64,000 nt of DNA from Ruditapes philippinarum (Eukaryota): positions 62,001 through 126,000 of the forward strand of contig NW_026859066.1 in the NCBI RefSeq assembly GCF_026571515.1. The letters run 5' to 3'. This document shows, piece by piece, positions 58,310-64,000 of the stretch (position 1 is its first letter; the number at the start of each line of letters is the position of its first letter). The position numbers and the translations under genes were made by a program. The notes under the pieces are model-generated. The model saw nothing but the letters and a program-made list of their open reading frames with translations. It did no database searches and was not told where the DNA came from.

Positions 58310-59923
58310 TAATCGATGAACATAACACAATAACATGATATTTCTATTTTTCTATCATTACTTTACCGTTTAAGGTGAAAATAATTGATGTGTTTGAAAA
58401 TTATCAATATTTCTTTTATATCTATTGCAAATTTTTTAACAAATATATATTGTTTATAATGAAAATCAATAAAATTAAAACAGTCGTTGTAGTGGCATCT
58501 TCCATTATAAACAGAGTAATTTCTAGGTTTTTTGCGAATAAGTGAATAATACTTAATGTAAACAGTAGAGATGTGGCGCGGAAAAATATTAAATTCTGGA
58601 AAATAAAACATGAAAGAGAACAATATCCCAGGCAGTAAGACAAAAACAGTCGTTGTAACATTTTCCCTGAAGATTTGGTTTCAAAGAGCAGTTCTTTTTT
58701 CACGGGTGGCACACTTTCTTTATAACATGCATAAGACCATTTATTTCAGACGAACTATTTTTTATTAAGCTATAGAAATACGACCCATACAAATTATTAA
58801 AACATTTGAAATCGAATATTGTTTATTTTTTATTATTTTAAACCGTAGACTGACATTACAAAGAAACTTTATAGCGAAAGAAAAGAATCGACAACAAGTT
58901 ATATTTTCTCCAGCATCACACACTGAAGTAAGTTATGAACTGGACCTGCGATCTATATTCTAAGACCAAATACGATACGTACAAGTTTTGTAACCTAAGA
59001 TTTAAAGTACTGTTCATTCTATAAGACTAAGACATGTCTGCAAATTGAACATTTTTTATGGAAAATTAAAATTGAATTGACCATGTTATTTATGATATTT
59101 TTTCCATAATAAATTAGACTTATTTGATGATATCAGGCACGGGATACACGGCAGGGAGCTGAAGGGCTGAAGCCCCCTTCCGCCAGACACCCCTGGCCTG
59201 AATTGTTTTCCTATAAAAAAAACAGCGCAATTTGAGAGCTAAAATAATGATATAAATCTAAGTCGCTTTTTTTTTATTTGAAACCTGGACCCCAGCTGAG
59301 TTTCCTGTCCATTTTACAATTAGGTGCGAGACTTAAATACTATGGGCTTAGTACTAAATACATACATGCAGACACTTAATTAGTTCTCTTGGTCAGTGTA
59401 GATGGCAGTTTAAGCACCTTGATAATACTGAATGAAAGAGCAACTTATTCGTAGTACAGTCTAAATACATTTTAACTTTTGGAACTATAAATAGCCCCGC
59501 CTATTGAATATTGAATGTGTGATTGAATGATTTTTTCGTATATATATTGCAGCATTTTTTTATAATACTGAAGCGAAGTGATGTAAATTTAAATTATTTT
59601 AATCTTAAAGCACGCTTTTTAGGGTTAAATGTAAAACATATCTTACCCTCTGGAAAATTCATTAAAAATAATAGCTTTCCCATAGATGTAGATTAAGTTT
59701 TTTTTTCTTCCAGTTTTGCAGAAAAATCATTTTTGTGAAAAATATGTAGAACACTTCAGTTTCAAAATGTGCAAATAAAATGCACCAAAAGCCATAAGGT
59801 AACATATGATTTCATCTATTTCCTGGGAGAAAACCGCCAGACCTTCCGCTCAATGCAAAGGGGAAGTTTGGTCATTTCAAACACATACCCCCGCCCCCCT
59901 ACGAATTCTTATGGCCCGGCGCC

Positions 59924-62900
59924 TGTAATAAAAGAGTATGTCTACTTGTCTTTCGAATGATATTCTCCCCTTCACAAATCTTGACCTATTTCATACTTGT
60001 ACTGTATATGAAAACTCAATATCATAAACTATTCTAATATTTATTTTACAGAAGTCTTAACAGAGGTCTTGCTATAATGCATGTATAAGTGTAAAGTTTC
60101 TATCAAAAAAGAGGGCTCTGAGAGAGAGTTTCTCAGAGTGTTGCATTATTTAATCAAGTAGGCGGAGCTAATCTCTTAATACTAACAACACTACATCTCC
60201 GCCCTTGCTTAGGTTTTAAAGTTCGCTGGTCAGTCCTAATGAAGGACATTAATTATTTGTCTGATAGTAATGTTATTGTCTCAGATATCGCCATAATGAT
60301 TCACAGGTGTTTATTTCACGCTGGCACTGCCACTACAAGTTAATGATCATTTTATATCCAGTTATGATAGTCTCTTGATTGCTATCACATTTAATATCAG
60401 GTTTATGTTCTAGTGGCAATTAGTGGTAGAAAAGTTTACTGACTGTCCGTAGTCCAATAAATTATCTTTATTGTCTAAACTGTGTTGTTGTGAAATTTTC
60501 AATGTTTTACAGAATACAAAACGGGTTTTATCAGCATGAAAATAAAACAAATTAGAATAAAGATTGAAGATAGAATCTAAATGATACACAATTAAGTTTA
60601 AGTATCAAAATGCCAATTGAATGTTTCATTTATACTTGTATTCCATTTTCTCTGGAGATTTAAGCACACATAGTAAAGAATTGTATGATTATCAGCAGTT
60701 ATATTATATTCGCCTGTTTAGAATGTTTGTGCACGAGCCGACAGTTTTAAATAATCGAACTCTATTTGTCTTGAATGAATGTTCCTTTTAAGTTGAAGCT
60801 AACTTTTAGTGGATTATTATGCCACTGTTTAACACTGTTTACACATTTTATTCTTCTAAATAGTCATATATATAACAGGTGGTTTTTTCACTCATTTAGC
60901 TAACTTTTAGTGGATTATTATGCACTGTTTAACACTATTTACATATATAAATCCTTTAAATAGTCAGGTGGTTTTCTGTGCCTTTCAGATCTTCGCAAAG
61001 AAGTATACTCATTTGATGTAGGTAAAGTTTCAAACATTGTGCTTTCATCGGATTGTGATTCTATGCTCGTTTCGTTGTAAATTGGTTCTGTATTGCTGTG
61101 TTCACCCTCGCTATTTAAAGGAGAATTTCCATTTAGACTTTGGGTCTGAGAGTTGCCGACACGTTTAAAATGTGATGAATTTCTAGTGATTTGTTTGTCT
61201 TCTCGCTCTGCCGTTATCATTGATCCTTGTTTTGTTTGGTTTGCTTTACTAACACACTGTCGCCTATTTTAACTTCAGTTTTTCGAGCGTTTCTTCATTT
61301 ATCAGCGTGTTCTTTACTTTTTTGTTTTGATTTTCTGTCATTTTCTCTGGCCTTTATGTCCTTTTTAGATTTATTTTGTTTTTGAACCATGGGAATTTTG
61401 ATGTTAATAGGCCTTCCGTAGAACAACTGTGCAGGAGTTTCGGCCGTTGTCCCATGTGGTGTAGATCTATAATTCCTTAAAAATGCATACATGTCTTGTT
61501 TCCAGTTTGTATGGTGCACATGAGAAGCTCGTATTGACTTTGTTTTCATGAATCGCTCACATTCAGCATTTGCTTGTGGCCATAACGGGGTTATTTTCCT
61601 ATGTTTGAAGCCCATGTGTTTTGCAAAACTTTTAAATAGGTGAGAGTTCATAGGACTGCCGTTGTCTGACTTGAGAATTTCAGGAATTCCGGTTTCTGAG
61701 AAAATTTTGTCCAGCACAGGGATCACTGTATTTCCTGTTATGGAATTTAAGACTTCTACGAAAGGAAAACGTGAATATTCGTCAATTAGTACAAGCAGAT
61801 ATTTTCCATCTGGAAATGGGCCACAAAAATCCAAACTTATCATTTAAAATGGGTATTTTGGCATATCACTCATGTTTAAAGGTTCATGCTGTTTTGAATT
61901 TGTTGCTGCTAAGCACGGGATGCAGCTTTTGCACATATTTCAACTTGTTGATCCATGCCTGGGAAGTACACTTTCTCTCTTAGAAGTTGTTTGGTTTTAA
62001 CAATTCCCTGATGACCTTCATGAGCTAATGATATCTCTTTATCTTGCAACTGCCTAGGAATAACATTTCTTGATTCATGCAGTAAGATTTCTTACCTCCC
62101 TTGAGATTTACTACCGATAATTCATTCTTACAGCGAGAGAACGTATCAAATACTTTATGTTTATTGGTGTTGCTCCAACAACCCGTCTTTATGGATTTAA
62201 TGGCCATTTGGAGGTCATTGTCCGTAGAAGTTGCCTGAATAATTTCATTCATGTTCATTGAAACAGGTACATCATGATATGCAAGAAAACTTACATATTC
62301 TTAAGCTATGCTTGATTTGCTGCCTTTTCCTGTGTCTAGATGTCTGCTTAGATAATCTGACATGTTTGGCTCTCCAGGTTTGTGCACGATCCTGAAGTCA
62401 TATGATAACAGGCGCATTCTCCAACGTTCCAGTCTTGCAGATCCAAGTTTTGATTTAGGATTATTTTAGATATTCTCAAGAAATTTTGCATCAGTTATGA
62501 CTGTGAATTTATGTCCAAATAAGTATATGTGCCAATGTTCTAATGACCAAACTAATGCTAAGTTTTCTTTCTCTTGTTGACTGTAAGAGCTTCGTTCAAT
62601 ATCTGTCAGGGATCTGCTTGCATAACACACAACTTTACCTTCTTGGAGCATAATTGCAGCCACTCCGACAGGAGATGCATCTGTGATTATTTGTGTTTCC
62701 TTATTAGGGTCAAAGTATGTCTATGACTGTATCACTACTCTCAAATAGATTTCAGTTTGTTGAATGCTTCGTCATGTTCATTTTGGCCATGCCCATTTTG
62801 CGTTTTTCTTTATCAGACGACGTATTGGCTCTGCTATAAGGTGCTGTAATTTGGGATAAAGCGTGACACGTAATTTGTCATTGCTAGGAAACTTCTGACT

Positions 62901-64000
62901 TCTGAAACTGTTTTTGGAGGCTGTGTCCTTTTAATTGTATCAATTTTCTTAGGGTCTGCTGACAAACCATCTTTACTGAAAATGTACCCAAAGAATTCAA
63001 GTTTTTGCTTATTAAACTCACATTTGCTTAAAAGTTAAGTTTTTCTGCTCAAGTCGCTTTAACACTTCCTCAAGTCTTCTGTCATGTTCTGCTTGGTCGC
63101 CAGCCCATATAATGACATCATCGGAAATGTTTCTCACGCCGTTAAGACCTTCTAGAGCCGTACTTAAAGCATTTTGGAATATTTCTGCTGCACTATTGAT
63201 TCTATTGAGGCGTTTATATCGTCTTAATCCAACATGTGTTGTAAATGTTGTAATGTTGCGTGATTCCTCTGACAGTTCTAATTGGTGATATCCATGATTT
63301 CAATCTAGTTTAGAGAAAACTTTTGCACCATTTAAGTCCACAATCATGTCATCAATTGTTGGAATAATATGTCTTCATACGCTTTATGGCTTGATTCGGT
63401 AGCCTCATGTCAACACATATCTTTATTTGGTTGGTTTTTTGGCTTTGGAGCTACTACAATGGGTGATACCCAGTCTGTGGGACCCTCAACTTTTTCAATG
63501 ATATCTAGGTCCTCAAGCCTCTGGAGCTAATTTTCAACTTGTTTTCTTAGGTGGAAAGGTATTCGTCTATGTGGTTGCGTAACAGGTTGAACATTTTTAT
63601 CCACATATAGTTTGACTATTGTTGCTTTCATTTTCCCAATGCCTGTGAACACGGTTTGGTACTTTTTGCAGAGTTCATCGACCTTGCTGTCTGTGACTGT
63701 GTTTATTTCTGGAATGATATTGAGGTCAACAGATGTCTGATAAGAGAGAAGATTACCGCTCGTGCCCGTTGTCACATATACTGGAGCTGTTGTTATTTTG
63801 TTTTTAGATTCAATTTGTGCTTGGAACTTGCCTAATAAGGTAACTTTACTAGCACCATATGCATAGACTTTGGTGTGTGCTCTCTTAAGATGAACTTTAT
63901 TTTGAAGCCTTGAGTACGTGTTTTTCGTCAATTACATTTATTGATGATCCTGTATCAGTTAATGCTTTAATTTTACAGCCGTTGATATGCACTTTCAGCC
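59924..64000 (-). mobile_element. Gypsy (Mag-like) LTR retrotransposon, decayed, continues beyond the window
   Basis: Minus-strand pol fragments; PPT AAGCAAGGGCGGAGA (60196-60210); putative 3' LTR 60195-59924 (TGTAGTG..TATTACA). The distal LTR end is unconfirmed because the partner LTR is outside the window. Confidence 0.85.
60939..64000 (-). pseudogene. pol: Gypsy Pol (protease, RT, RNase H, integrase) with many frameshifts
   Basis: DTGSS protease, QPHRRIPFHLR, RT with NISDDVI, RNase H (TDASPVG, YASRSLT, YSQQEKE), integrase (LDFCGP, SDNGSP, QANAECERF, YRSTPH). Confidence 0.9.

Noticed and set aside
59134-59925. hAT-like MITE with CAGGC termini
   Set aside because: The TIR match is weak, there is no TSD, and the right end overlaps the putative LTR terminus.

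Overview
AT-rich eukaryotic DNA made almost entirely of transposable elements. The repeat types (Helentron-like non-autonomous elements with ~150-166 bp core arrays, a CR1-group LINE with a TAAAC tail) suggest a bivalve mollusc; this is inference. Main contents: (1) a very young Gypsy/Mag-type LTR retrotransposon (4396-9131, identical 219-bp LTRs, GTCAG TSD) inserted into an exon of (2) a spliced KDZ (Kyakuja-Dileera-Zisupton)-type transposase pseudogene on + (3901-19038), which the ORF track shows only in pieces; (3) a 3.8-kb tandem duplication whose junction lies beside a 17-bp satellite/integrase homology; (4) a satellite-carrying element nested inside another; (5) a convergent multi-exon pseudogene on - (about 40007-28202) with an NRF1-like DNA-binding region and a vertnin-like OTU protease motif; (6) a 5'-truncated CR1-group LINE with a 12-bp TSD; (7) a full-length decayed BEL/Pao element (43855-51597) with unusual LTR ends; (8) an Academ-like long-TIR element; (9) a second, decayed Gypsy element on - that runs off the window end. 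There are also Crypton and Kolobok-like remnants. Positions 1-1250 and about 21480-28200 look like low-quality, homopolymer-inflated consensus. No rRNA, tRNA, CRISPR array or intact cellular gene was found. All family assignments come from manual motif reading, not database searches.
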